Assembly: GCA_047150005.1 (NCBI GenBank)
Contig: AP038806.1
Coordinates: 3,808,001 to 3,872,000 of the forward strand
Length of the DNA stretch: 64,000 bases
Direction: 5' to 3'
From: Nitrospira sp.
GTDB lineage: Bacteria; Nitrospirota; Nitrospiria; Nitrospirales; Nitrospiraceae
Part shown: positions 28,055-38,233 of the stretch, piece by piece
How the letters are laid out: every line of letters starts with the position of its first letter
Numbering within the stretch: the first letter of the stretch is position 1
Position numbers and translations under genes: made by a program
Notes under the pieces: model-generated
What the model saw: only the letters and a program-made list of their open reading frames with translations
What the model was told of the DNA's origin: nothing
The model's database searches: none

Positions 28055-30403
28055 TTATCGGTTTTCCAGCCTATTGTAATCCAGCGATCCCGCGTCGATG
28101 GGGTTTATGCGCCGGTAGGTTTTATGGATCGCATCGCTGTGGCGCCAGAAGTCCCGGTTGGTACGGCGCAGAGCGAAGCGGTCGGTGAGCTTGCGGTAGT
28201 CCTCTTCGCCGCCGAGTGAGGCCACCATGGCGATAAACTCCGGCAGATCCTGCCGAGTGACCCGATAGAAGGCGTTGGGATAGGCGCCGACGAGGCCCCG
28301 TGCCACCGTGATCCCGTCTTCGTCAGGAAGGCGGCGGGATTCGTTGTTGAAGAGCGAGGCGATATTGCTGAACCCGTTGTCGTGCAGCAGGGTATAGAGC
28401 CGGTCTTCACGTGCGTCTCCGACCGGCCCGTCCGCGACGGTCAGCAGGGCGACTTCCGGCATCCACTGTAACGTCTGCCCCTTGATCTTGGACAATCCCT
28501 GCAGCTGCTCCCGCACATCCGCGTCTTTTTCGCCCATCACATCGTAAGCCCGGTTCATCGAGCCGGCGAGGTGCTGCTCCAGCATGTCGAACAACTCGTG
28601 CTTGGGCCGGTCGGTCCGATACTGGATTCCGCTTTCTTTCTCGACGTTGATACGGCGCCCCAAGACATAATCCTTCACCGACTCGTGCGCATCTCGATAC
28701 CAGAAGTCCCGTTCTCGCTCCCGGTCTTTGGCGGGCAACAGCAGCAGAAAATTCGATTCCCCTTCCATCCGGAGGAAATCCATATACAGCCGCGTATCGA
28801 GCTGGTGGCCCGAGAAGCCGTACACGTCGAATCCGGCGACGAGCAGATAGTAGATCCGCTCGAATAGGTCGTAGGACAGGAGCCAGGCGGTCTTCGGGTC
28901 GTCGCCGACCAGGCCTTGGACAACGGAGGCGCTGTCCGAATGGCGGAATACGGTAAGCGCGGCGTTGTGATTCTGGCCACGGCCGTTCCAGATGAACGCC
29001 AAGCCGGCCGCCTCACCTTTGAGATCGAGCGACTCGAGATAGGCCTGCTTGGCCTTGAGAAACTCGTTCTGCATACTGGAATATTTCATCCAGGAGATCA
29101 GACCCAATCTGCTGGTCCCTTCCTCTGTCGGCAGGTAGAGATAGTCGCTCGTCTCCGCCAGGTATTCGTCCGTTCCGTCGAGCGCGGCGCTGTCCGGATC
29201 GATGAAGACCATCCAGAACCGGTCGTCGATGACGTTCAACGCAACCTGCCCGCGACAGACCGGCCCCTTGATGAACTGCATGACGAACGTCTGCGCGTCG
29301 TCCAGAAGAAACTTGTAGCGGGAACGAACCGGCAGATCACGGAAAGCGACGAAGGGATTGGAGGCAATCTTCGGCTCATAGCCGGGAAGCGAACGAACCT
29401 CGAACGGCGCGTCAAGGAACAATTCGGTGAACCGTTGCTTCCGCTCCCGACTCAGTCCGTAGGGAATGTGCGTTTTGGCGAGAAGCCCCGCATGCACCGG
29501 CTCGAGGCGGTAATAGACTCGGGGAACGCCGGGATCGTCGTAGGGCCGGCGAGTCGCGATCTGGTCGATCGGCCGACCGGGCGCTGTGCGCGAACGCACG
29601 AGACGGAACCAGCGTCGATCCGGAAGCCCGTCGAAATACAGATGGGTCAAATGCAGATGCTCATAGAGATAACGGCTCATGAGAGCCTGCTTCGGGGTCT
29701 CACCGTTGAGAAAGGTCTCCCATTCGTCCACCCGCGCCTTGACCGAGCGCGGAAGCGGATTAGGGCCGTGATAGGGAGCGCCTTGCTGGATCCACCGGAT
29801 GAGCGTGTGATACTCGTCGTCGGTCAGGCCGGGCAAGCCGTAGGGCATGCCCCACAGGGGATACTTTTGGGCGAAGGCATCGAACTGACTGTCGGTGGGA
29901 CATTGCTGGTCCCGATCAAGGGATAGATCGAAACTGTCAGGCAGAAGGGATTGATCCGGCAGCGGGTGCGTCCGCTTGAGCGCCAGCATGCGCGCGAAGA
30001 CACCGGCCCGCCGCTGCTCTTCCGTTGCCTGCTCATCTTCCTGCAGGACCGGGAAGAATTTCTTATCTCGCCAAGCCGAGACGGTGCCGGCATCCTCGAA
30101 GAGCCTTGTCGGCTCGGCCGTCAGGAGCCGCATCGCGTCGTAGACCGGTTTCTTGTTGGCCCCGCGGGTCACGCCTTCATACGCGGTCAGGTTCAATTGG
30201 CAGGGCGCGTCATAGCACCCATGACAGACGACGCAACGGCGTTCCAGAATCGGCTGCACATCCCGCCAATAATCGACCGTCGCGATGCCGGCCGAACTCG
30301 GAGGTGGTGGAGCCGGTACCGTCGCCTGCTTGGACGGAGCCGACTGGGCGCAGCCACTCAATATCAGGATTACCACCGCCCACATCCATCCTCTTTTCGT
30401 CAT
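28055..30403 (-). CDS. cti: Fatty acid cis/trans isomerase (heme c lipoprotein)
   Basis: Lipobox LSGC; RCVVCHGCYDAPCQL; FIKGPVCRGQVALNVI; ends DYNRLENR. Confidence 0.93.
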   Translation of the reverse strand: MTKRGWMWAVVILILSGCAQSAPSKQATVPAPPPPSSAGIATVDYWRDVQPILERRCVVCHGCYDAPCQLNLTAYEGVTRGANKKPVYDAMRLLTAEPTRLFEDAGTVSAWRDKKFFPVLQEDEQATEEQRRAGVFARMLALKRTHPLPDQSLLPDSFDLSLDRDQQCPTDSQFDAFAQKYPLWGMPYGLPGLTDDEYHTLIRWIQQGAPYHGPNPLPRSVKARVDEWETFLNGETPKQALMSRYLYEHLHLTHLYFDGLPDRRWFRLVRSRTAPGRPIDQIATRRPYDDPGVPRVYYRLEPVHAGLLAKTHIPYGLSRERKQRFTELFLDAPFEVRSLPGYEPKIASNPFVAFRDLPVRSRYKFLLDDAQTFVMQFIKGPVCRGQVALNVIDDRFWMVFIDPDSAALDGTDEYLAETSDYLYLPTEEGTSRLGLISWMKYSSMQNEFLKAKQAYLESLDLKGEAAGLAFIWNGRGQNHNAALTVFRHSDSASVVQGLVGDDPKTAWLLSYDLFERIYYLLVAGFDVYGFSGHQLDTRLYMDFLRMEGESNFLLLLPAKDRERERDFWYRDAHESVKDYVLGRRINVEKESGIQYRTDRPKHELFDMLEQHLAGSMNRAYDVMGEKDADVREQLQGLSKIKGQTLQWMPEVALLTVADGPVGDAREDRLYTLLHDNGFSNIASLFNNESRRLPDEDGITVARGLVGAYPNAFYRVTRQDLPEFIAMVASLGGEEDYRKLTDRFALRRTNRDFWRHSDAIHKTYRRINPIDAGSLDYNRLENR

Positions 30404-30647
30404 TCGATCCCCAGCCCTATCATGAGAGGCGCAGCGGCCCTGCGTGCTCAATGGAACGACCCTTGACCCTTGTCTTGCTCGTCGAGCCCCGCCGCTGTTC
30501 GGACTTGAGGGCAGTTACTCTAGCATAAGGGGGAAGAGAAACGGATCGGCGCGCCACCGCTCTGAGGCGCGCGGCCCTTCAGAATGCCGAGATTCCACTG
30601 TTGGCCATTGACAAAGGCCGCGCAGAGCCAGGAGAATCGAGCAACCT

Positions 30648-31895
30648 GTGTCCTCGAAACACCTCAACGTCAAGGCGAGCGCATCGGTCCCCGCGACGGA
30701 CGCGGACGAGGAACCGTCGTTCCCGCCTTACGGCGGCCCCCCGTTTTTTTCTTACGGATTTCGGCCGTTTTTTCTGTCTGCTTCGCTGTTTGCGGGCTTC
30801 GCCGTACCGTTCTGGGTACTGCTGTTCGCCGGAACAGGCAGCGTCTCGTTTCTCTATCCGCCGCGTGACTGGCATGTTCACGAGATGCTCTTCGGGTTTC
30901 TTCCGGCGGTCATCGCGGGATTTCTGTTGACCGCGGTCCCGAACTGGACCGGACGTGCGCCGCTGCGCGGCGTCCCGCTGCTCGCCCTATGGCTCTTATG
31001 GTTGGCAGGCCGTTTCTGCCTCGCAGTACCGACGGCCTCTCCACTCGTCGTCGCCGTCCTTGATACCGCGTTCCTGATCGTCCTGGCCTTGCTGCTCTGG
31101 CGGGAACTGTATGCTGCGTCTGCTTGGGCACAAACGCCCATCGCGGTCGTGATCAGCCTCTATGCCGCGGCCAATGCGTTGTTTCATGCAGCGGCCCTGC
31201 GCGGCCTGCCGACCGCTCTGCCGGAGCGGCTCGTCCTCGCTCTGGTCCTGCTCCTGTTGACGCTCATCGGCGGACGAATCACGCCGAATTTGACCCGGGA
31301 ATTCCTGGCGCAGTCGGGCGCGACGACCTTGCCGTCGGAGTTTTCACGCTTCGACGTCCTGTCCATCTTGTCGGTCGTGATCGCCGCCGCCATGTGGATC
31401 GCCAAGCCCGACTCTCCCATTGCCGGATGGGCATTCGTCACGGCCGGTCTCCTCAATCTTGCGCGGCTCCGGCGCTGGCGCAGCGGGGCCGTCCGCAAGG
31501 AACCGCTGGCCCTGATCCTTCACATCGGATACGGCTGGCTCGTATTCTCCCTGTTCGTGCTCGGGAGCACGTTGCTCGGGACGGGGGTGCCGCAAGCCAA
31601 CGCTCTGCATGCGTTGACCACCGGCGCAGTCGGCGCCATGACCCTCGCCGTCATGACCCGTGCAAGCCTGGGACATACGGGAAGGCCGAAGCGGGCCGGC
31701 ACGCTGACCGTCGCCATCTATCTGTTGGTAAATCTGGGCGCGGTGTTGCGTATTCTTGTCCCGCAGGCAGAATCGCCGACGACACTGACCTATATGGTGC
31801 TCCACTTGTCGGCCGTGGCCTGGAGCGGCGCCTACCTGCTCTTTGCCCTTGGCTACGGGCCCATGCTTGTACGCAGGTCGATGGATGAGCCGTGA
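30648..31895 (+). CDS. nnrS: NnrS family membrane protein
   Basis: GFRPFFL, WHVHEMLFGF, GFLLTAVPNWTG, RASLGHTGR. Confidence 0.93.
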   Translation: MSSKHLNVKASASVPATDADEEPSFPPYGGPPFFSYGFRPFFLSASLFAGFAVPFWVLLFAGTGSVSFLYPPRDWHVHEMLFGFLPAVIAGFLLTAVPNWTGRAPLRGVPLLALWLLWLAGRFCLAVPTASPLVVAVLDTAFLIVLALLLWRELYAASAWAQTPIAVVISLYAAANALFHAAALRGLPTALPERLVLALVLLLLTLIGGRITPNLTREFLAQSGATTLPSEFSRFDVLSILSVVIAAAMWIAKPDSPIAGWAFVTAGLLNLARLRRWRSGAVRKEPLALILHIGYGWLVFSLFVLGSTLLGTGVPQANALHALTTGAVGAMTLAVMTRASLGHTGRPKRAGTLTVAIYLLVNLGAVLRILVPQAESPTTLTYMVLHLSAVAWSGAYLLFALGYGPMLVRRSMDEP

Positions 31896-32006
31896 GAAAT
31901 AGGGGCTTTTCAGTCACGGTTCGGCGGACTTATACTTTGATGGGCTGGGGAAGGTGCGGGAGAATGGAATGGTTCTCCGCCGCTGTGGTCGCCAGAAAGC
32001 GAGGCT

Positions 32007-32483
32007 GTGATGAAACGTGTTGCATTCCTCCTTGTCATCCTCTGTCTTGGATCGCCGGCCGGCGCCGAGGACTCGGCATGGACCGGCACCTGGGTGCTCC
32101 GGGAAAATCAACCGGGGGGCCAACTTACCCTGAAGATCGAGGAAACGAACTCAGGCTGGAAGATGACCTACAAAGTCATGGGTCCCGGTGCACCCGGCGC
32201 GAGCGACACGACCATCGCCACGATGCTTGACGGCAAGGACGTGCCGGTGCTGATCGACGGGAAACCGTCGAAACAGACGATGGGCATCAGCAAGGTCGAC
32301 GGCCGTCACACCGTCAATGTCATTAAGTTCGGCGGGAAAGACATCGGTGTGTCCAAGGCGGAACTGTCCGCCGACGGGAAGCTGATCAAAGTGGAAACCG
32401 ATTATCCGGAATCGAACCCTGGTGCTCCGGCCGGAAAGCAGATTCAGTTCTGGGATCGCAAAGAGCAGACGGGCCATCCTTAG
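32007..32483 (+). CDS. Hypothetical exported beta-barrel protein
   Basis: Signal peptide; WTGTW; LSADGK. Confidence 0.75.
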   Translation: MMKRVAFLLVILCLGSPAGAEDSAWTGTWVLRENQPGGQLTLKIEETNSGWKMTYKVMGPGAPGASDTTIATMLDGKDVPVLIDGKPSKQTMGISKVDGRHTVNVIKFGGKDIGVSKAELSADGKLIKVETDYPESNPGAPAGKQIQFWDRKEQTGHP

Positions 32484-32519
32484 AAAATCCCGACATTCCC
32501 GCCGTGGTAGGTGACGCCG

Positions 32520-32846
32520 TTAGTGACGGTAGATTTCCAGTTCGTTGTCGACGTCCGTGACTCCGGTCACCTGCGACGCCACCTTCGCTGCCTGCTTCCG
32601 TTGATCGGGAGTCTCAACCGTGCCGCGTAGATGGACCACGCCGTTTTTGGTCTCGACCTCGACGCGTGCCGGATCGACGACCTTTTCATAGGCCAGCCTC
32701 GACTCAATGGCCAGAGTGATCTCGCGGTCGTTGAAATATCGATCGGATGTCTGAGGCGGGGTCTCGCAAGCCAAGAGCATCGCCAGGGTGCAGCCTCCGA
32801 CCGTTGTCGTCACCCACCGGATCGTCCGCGTTCGATGGAGTGCCAT
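32520..32846 (-). CDS. BON domain lipoprotein
   Basis: LLAC lipobox; VETKNGVVHLRGTV...GVTDVDNEL. Confidence 0.9.
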   Translation of the reverse strand: MALHRTRTIRWVTTTVGGCTLAMLLACETPPQTSDRYFNDREITLAIESRLAYEKVVDPARVEVETKNGVVHLRGTVETPDQRKQAAKVASQVTGVTDVDNELEIYRH

Positions 32847-33168
32847 GTGCGCACCTCGTCATCAAGGTCACGCCCACCACGTTCTCCTATTCACATGCTA
32901 CCAGTCCCCGCATGGACGATGCCAAGCCCTCCATGAGTCGGCCTCGCGCCTCAAGGATCACGACCCGATGATTTCCGGAAGGTTATAGGTTCTTGACGGA
33001 CGGGCATACCGGGGAACATGGAGACGAACCAGGCGGCGATGGACGGACTGTCCGGAACGAGACAGACTGTCCGGGTGCGGCAACGTCACGTGTTTTCTTG
33101 ACTCACGAACAGGTTGCGCTAATTTGAAGAAGGCGGTTAACTGGTTCACCAATGGCAAGGAGGCCTCT

Positions 33169-33699
33169 ATGAGATCCCGAACCTTAGGGTGTGTTGCATT
33201 CTGCTTCTGTGCGCTGCTGCATCAGCATGGTGCAGAGGCGGCAGCCGTTTCGGATAACGGGCCGGGCTGCGGCCTGGGGAAACTTGCGTGGATGGACTAT
33301 GAGAGCCCAAAGCAAATCGCGCCTCAGGTGATGATGGCGACGACGAACGCCACGTTCGGCAGCCAGACCTTCGGCATCTCATCCGGTACATCCGGCTGCA
33401 GCAACGACGGCGTGATCATCAAAAACAAGCACATCAACATTGCAAGTCATGCCTTCGATCGTCTGGCCGAGGATATGGCTCAGGGAAAAGGCGAATATTT
33501 GGCGTCGCTGGCGATGCTCCTCGGTGTGCCCGAGGAGACGCAGCCGGAATTCTTCGCCCTCGTCCAAGAACGCTACCAGAGCTTGGTCGGACCGGATGAC
33601 GCGACGGCGATCACGCTGCTCACGGTGTTGCAGACCGCGATGGCGGAACGTCCCGCGCTCGCCCACCTGTCGTTCGTCGGTGAAGATCTCGGGAAATAG
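33169..33699 (+). CDS. DUF3015 family exported protein
   Basis: GPGCGLG, TTNATFGSQTFGISSGTSGC, DMAQGKGEYL. Confidence 0.88.
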   Translation: MRSRTLGCVAFCFCALLHQHGAEAAAVSDNGPGCGLGKLAWMDYESPKQIAPQVMMATTNATFGSQTFGISSGTSGCSNDGVIIKNKHINIASHAFDRLAEDMAQGKGEYLASLAMLLGVPEETQPEFFALVQERYQSLVGPDDATAITLLTVLQTAMAERPALAHLSFVGEDLGK

Positions 33700-33720
33700 A
33701 CGGACCGCCCGCGACCGCGT

Positions 33721-34707
33721 CTACCGCCCTTCGGCTTCCTGCCGGGTCATGGGCCGGATCTCGAGTTCCGCCAGCACTCCGTAATGATCGGAAGGCCAGA
33801 GCGCACGGCCGTCCGGCAACCGTCCCGGACGATCCAGGATCACACGGCTCGATCGGACCGTTGTCGAGGATTCCAGGCCCGACAGGTACAGGATGAAATC
33901 CACGCGTTTCGATGCGGTTGACGGTTCCACGTCGATGCGTTGCCACACGGTGGGACCCGGTGCATCGGCATTGGCAGCGCGAAACGTGTCGACGAAACCG
34001 GCCTCGCGGCGGAGCGTCGTGAGGACCTGCGAGGTTTCCGGCGCGTTGAAATCGCCCATCAGAAGCGACAGCCCCGAGCCATGGCGCTCACGCACGAGTT
34101 CGCCGACCCGCTTGATCTGACACTCGTCGCCGCGCGCGAGGTGCGTCGAATAGACCTGGAGCGGTCCTCGTTCGGTCGAGACCTCTGCTCGCAGGAGAAT
34201 CCGCGGCTCAATCCATCGTCGGCAACGGGGCAGATCGGTTACTTCGGACCCCACGATGGGATAGCGGCTGAGAATCGCCGAGCCCTCCTTGAATCCCATC
34301 ATGCCGACGACGGCCCAATCCAGCGGAGCCAGGCGAAAAATGTGATCCGTCGCCGGGGCGAAGACGAGATGAAAGCCGAGCGCCTGGGCGAGACGTTCCG
34401 CCACGTTGCCATGCCTGCGGCTGTCGGAGGCTTCCTGCACCCCCACGATGTCCGGATCGAGCGCCTTCAATTCCCGGATGACCATCTCCAGGCGTTCTTC
34501 GAGATGAGTGTCGCCCTCGACGAATCCAGAGGCCGCGCCGTCGTGCAGGAGATTGTAGGTCACCACCCGCAACGGCAGGAGATCGTCCTGCGCGGCGGCG
34601 GCCGACATGGTGACCGGTCTCATGAGAAACAGAGCGAAGACAATCCACATCATATTCGCCGAACCGGAGATCTGAATGGCCGACTCAATGAGAAATCGGG
34701 GCGGCAT
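33721..34707 (-). CDS. Endonuclease/exonuclease/phosphatase family protein
   Basis: TYNL, PDIVGVQE, GDFN, VDFI, SDHY. Confidence 0.9.
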   Translation of the reverse strand: MPPRFLIESAIQISGSANMMWIVFALFLMRPVTMSAAAAQDDLLPLRVVTYNLLHDGAASGFVEGDTHLEERLEMVIRELKALDPDIVGVQEASDSRRHGNVAERLAQALGFHLVFAPATDHIFRLAPLDWAVVGMMGFKEGSAILSRYPIVGSEVTDLPRCRRWIEPRILLRAEVSTERGPLQVYSTHLARGDECQIKRVGELVRERHGSGLSLLMGDFNAPETSQVLTTLRREAGFVDTFRAANADAPGPTVWQRIDVEPSTASKRVDFILYLSGLESSTTVRSSRVILDRPGRLPDGRALWPSDHYGVLAELEIRPMTRQEAEGR

Positions 34708-34834
34708 CGGTCCTTCCGGAGCGAGAGGAATCGACTCCACGAAGCCCGTCAATGGATCTAACGGGTCTAGTGTACTCGATTTCTGTCCAGGAGGATCGAA
34801 CCGAAGGAAGGAGAAAACACACCGGACGATCGGC

Positions 34835-35407
34835 TTACTGTTTGACGACGAAATGCACGCTCCGATTGACCTGCATGCAATCCTCATCGTGCCGGAAACA
34901 CAGGGGACGGTCCTTTCCGTAGCTGGTCGTGTCGACCTCGACCTCTAATCCGAGGTCCTCGAGGTAATGTTTCACGTTCCTGGCCCGCATGTCCCCCAAT
35001 ACCATGTTGTAGGCGGCGGTTCCGACTTCGTCTCCTCGTCCTTCGAGCAGCAAGCCGGTGACTCCCGCTCGGCGCAGACGTTTGGCGTTGGCCTCCACCA
35101 CCGGGACCGCGTCGGGTCGAATCGTGTACCGGTCAAAATCGAACAGGACGTCCACCAGCGAGCCCTTGGACATGCCGGTATCATTTCTGGCCGCCAATTC
35201 CGCGCGCATCGTCGGACCGGAACGCCGGGAAGCCGTACTCGGGTCGGCAGGTGCGATGTGCTTAATGACAGGCTCATCAATCAGCTCTCGACGAGACGCC
35301 TGTTCGTCACCGGCTCCGGATCCATACAGACTGCTGCAAGCTTGCAGGCCCAGAACCGTCACAGCCAAAATTCCCATCAGCGCGATCTCAGTGGACTTTT
35401 TCATCAT
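34835..35407 (-). CDS. OmpA/Pal-like peptidoglycan-associated lipoprotein
   Basis: LQAC lipobox; FDFD, EG.GDEVGT..YNMVLG..RA, SYGK.RP, NRSVHF. Confidence 0.9.
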   Translation of the reverse strand: MMKKSTEIALMGILAVTVLGLQACSSLYGSGAGDEQASRRELIDEPVIKHIAPADPSTASRRSGPTMRAELAARNDTGMSKGSLVDVLFDFDRYTIRPDAVPVVEANAKRLRRAGVTGLLLEGRGDEVGTAAYNMVLGDMRARNVKHYLEDLGLEVEVDTTSYGKDRPLCFRHDEDCMQVNRSVHFVVKQ

Positions 35408-35443
35408 GCCTCCTTCTCAACACATCTGGTCTGACTGGAGAAA

Positions 35444-35458
35444 GCAAAGAAAATGCCA
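35444..35458 (-). promoter_or_regulatory. Putative sigma54 promoter of the Pal-like gene
   Basis: Minus strand TGGCAT-TTTCT-TTGC. Confidence 0.55.
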
Positions 35459-35806
35459 TTGCGTCACATCACCGCTCTGAACAGCCGACACGGGCGCCCG
35501 GTCTCGGTCCTGTCGGAAACATGTATAATTCCACCGCTTTTTCGATCGCCGACCGGTAGACTGGAACCTGCCGTTTGGTCCGGCTCATGAATCACTACGG
35601 TAGACGGCCGCACCAGACTTGTACAGCAGTTCGACGTTTGTTGCTGACGGACATCCCTCGTTCGGACGGGAAATGGCTTCGCTATGATCGAAAACTCTTC
35701 GGCAGGCTACTCGGCAGGTTGCCGGACGACTTCCCTATAAGAGTGCTGAGCTTCGGGGGAGAGCGTACCGGCATTCGTCCGGTACGACAGACGACGCCGC
35801 CATGTG

Positions 35807-35998
35807 TTAGGGAATCCGAGGCGGCGCTTGATTCGGCTGCTGGATGCCTTCCTGCGCAGGCGTACCTGCGTCTTCAGATTTCTCGCCGCGGAACCCGGCC
35901 CACAAGCCGAGAGCGACCAGGAATGCAAGGGCGACGGCAAGTCCGATCCGATCGATCGGCCGCGGTGTCTTCTGTACCATCCAACTACGATGGGGCAT
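35807..35998 (-). CDS. Small membrane protein
   Basis: Single TM segment IGLAVALAFLVALGLWAGF. Confidence 0.5.
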   Translation of the reverse strand: MPHRSWMVQKTPRPIDRIGLAVALAFLVALGLWAGFRGEKSEDAGTPAQEGIQQPNQAPPRIP

Positions 35999-36181
35999 CC
36001 CACACTCCACAAATAATTGTGCGGGTCGGTTCCTCATGTGTAATCGGTCCTGGGTGACGGATCTACCAGGAACATCCCTAGCGCGCACGATTCACAACGG
36101 TTCGTCGCGAAATTATGGAATAGCCGATCACGCCGCGGTCGAACTGCACCGTACACTGTGGTAGGGTCCTTCGACATCGAC

Positions 36182-37477
36182 ATGACGAGGTCTCCAATGG
36201 ACGGCGACTATCCGATGATCGGGGACGACCCCTCCATCGCGTTCCGGCGTACCCGGCTGGCCGCGACCGGCCTCCTGCTATTCATGGCTGTGCTGTTCTT
36301 CCTCGCCCTGTTAGGCGAGCAGCGCTATCCGGTGCTGCACTGGCTTCGGGCCTTCGCAGAAGCGGCGATGGTCGGGGCGCTCGCAGACTGGTACGCCGTC
36401 ACGGCGCTGTTCAAGCGACCGATGGGCCTGCCCATCCCGCACACCGAAATCATCCCCCGCAACAAGGCACGCATTGCCGCCGCCCTCGGTCGGCTGACGC
36501 AGCGCAAGCTCGTCACGCCGGAAGCCATCGGACGCCTGGTCGATTCGTGGCACATCCCGGATGAGCTGACCGCCGCGCTTGTCGATCCGCAGCGACGAGC
36601 AATTCTGGCGCAGGAACTCTCTCGACTGCTGGCCCGGATGCTCGAAGCCTCTGAGGATGCCGCGATGCAGCGGTTCGTCCGCCACATCGCAGCCAAGGCT
36701 CTGCACGGAGTGACCGCGGCGCCGGTGATAGGCCGGCTGCTTTCCGGATTTCTCGACAGCCCACAACGCGACCGGCTCATCGACGACATGTTGGCGCTTG
36801 CCGGCACGTACATCGAACAACATCGGGAGCCGCTGGGCCGCATGATCGCGGACAAGTTGCCCTGGTCCCGCCTGCTCAACCTGGTCCGGTTGGACGAGAA
36901 AGTGGCCAATAGATTCATCGACTGGTTCGCCTCGATGCTCCAAGATATGCGAATACATCACGAAGATCCGATGAGACAGCAGCTGATCGCGCGTCTCAAC
37001 CATGCCGCGCAGTGGCTCATGAACTCCGATCAGGCGGTCAGGCGGGAGGCGGCGATCAAGGAGTCGCTCTTGACGCACGATGCGCTGCTGGAATTCATCG
37101 ATCGTTCCTGGCACGAACTCAAGCAATGGCTCTTGACGGACCTGAGCCGGGAGCCGTCGGACACCCGCGCCTATCTCAACGCGGCGTTGGCCGGACTCGG
37201 CGAGACGCTGAAGAGGGATGCGGAACTCTTGACGCTCCTGCAGCAGGGGCTGGAAGGTCTGGTGGTCGAGTTGGCGGATCGTCACCGCGACCGGATCGGA
37301 GAACTGGTGACGAAGACGGTGAGCGATTGGCCCGTGACGCACATGGTGGAGACGATCGAACGGGAAGTCGGCCGCGACCTGCAGTTCATTCGAATCAACG
37401 GGGCGGTCGTCGGCGGGGTGGTAGGGTTGCTGCTGCACGCCATCGCAATCCTGCTCGACCTGCATCTGGCACCGTAA
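36182..37477 (+). CDS. DUF445 family membrane protein
   Basis: AEAAMVGALADWYAVTALF..P.GLPIPHT; VGRDLQFIRING.VVGG. Confidence 0.92.
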   Translation: MTRSPMDGDYPMIGDDPSIAFRRTRLAATGLLLFMAVLFFLALLGEQRYPVLHWLRAFAEAAMVGALADWYAVTALFKRPMGLPIPHTEIIPRNKARIAAALGRLTQRKLVTPEAIGRLVDSWHIPDELTAALVDPQRRAILAQELSRLLARMLEASEDAAMQRFVRHIAAKALHGVTAAPVIGRLLSGFLDSPQRDRLIDDMLALAGTYIEQHREPLGRMIADKLPWSRLLNLVRLDEKVANRFIDWFASMLQDMRIHHEDPMRQQLIARLNHAAQWLMNSDQAVRREAAIKESLLTHDALLEFIDRSWHELKQWLLTDLSREPSDTRAYLNAALAGLGETLKRDAELLTLLQQGLEGLVVELADRHRDRIGELVTKTVSDWPVTHMVETIEREVGRDLQFIRINGAVVGGVVGLLLHAIAILLDLHLAP

Positions 37478-37566
37478 AGAAGGTGGAACACCCACTCGCG
37501 GCGGACTTGACCGGTTCATCGGTTCGGAGTAGGGTGCGCTCGCGCAGGCGGCCGAAAGGCCGCCGT

Positions 37567-37731
37567 ATGCCCCTCATGATCATGCCAACGCTCGCCGGAC
37601 TGCTTCTGATGACTGCGATGATTCTCGGCGGATGTCATCCCGACCGTCCGATCCCACAACCGGTGATGACTCCCGCCGTCTCGCCGGAAGAACCGGTCGG
37701 GTTACCGGCATCCGCCAGGCCGGTACAATAG
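37567..37731 (+). CDS. Small Pro-rich lipoprotein
   Basis: LGGC lipobox; followed by hairpin and T-run. Confidence 0.5.
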   Translation: MPLMIMPTLAGLLLMTAMILGGCHPDRPIPQPVMTPAVSPEEPVGLPASARPVQ

Positions 37732-38035
37732 GGCCGTTTTCTTTCTTTGATCCCGCCTGCGACAACCACGCGTCGCTCCGCCGATTTGCCTCCTAATCCC
37801 CAGCAAAACCCTTAGGCTGTGGATATTGAGGTCTAGGGCCGAATGTCCCCGGCAACGGCCGATGCTGCGCAGACCGGGGACTGACGGCAGTGGCCGGAAA
37901 TGTGTGAAACATACAGGATCCCCCGATTCGACCACTACACGTAGTGGCACGTCTCGGACGACACCTATGCCCAAAAAATAGGCAATTTGATCGATGATGC
38001 GTCCAGCGCACACTCCGCTCATCTCTCGCAACCAC

Positions 38036-38056
38036 TTGTACACAGAATTATCCACA
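38036..38056 (+). promoter_or_regulatory. Tandem DnaA-box-like sites
   Basis: TTGTACACA-gaa-TTATCCACA (second is a perfect consensus). Confidence 0.45.
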
Positions 38057-38233
38057 GAAGATGGGGACTGAGCATTCTCATGCCGGATCTTCCGATGTGC
38101 GGAACTCATTTTGATGTGTCGTGTTCCCGTTCATCTGCTCCTTCTTGACAGGGTCGAGCAGACGGCCTAGCCTGCCGCAACCGAATCATCGCCTCATCGA
38201 AAGCGTGGCAATGCCACAGAAGAAAGGACGGCC

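Noticed and set aside
37735..38233. Chromosomal oriC
   Set aside because: Only three boxes, no clear AT-rich unwinding element, no dnaA/dnaN/gidA neighbours
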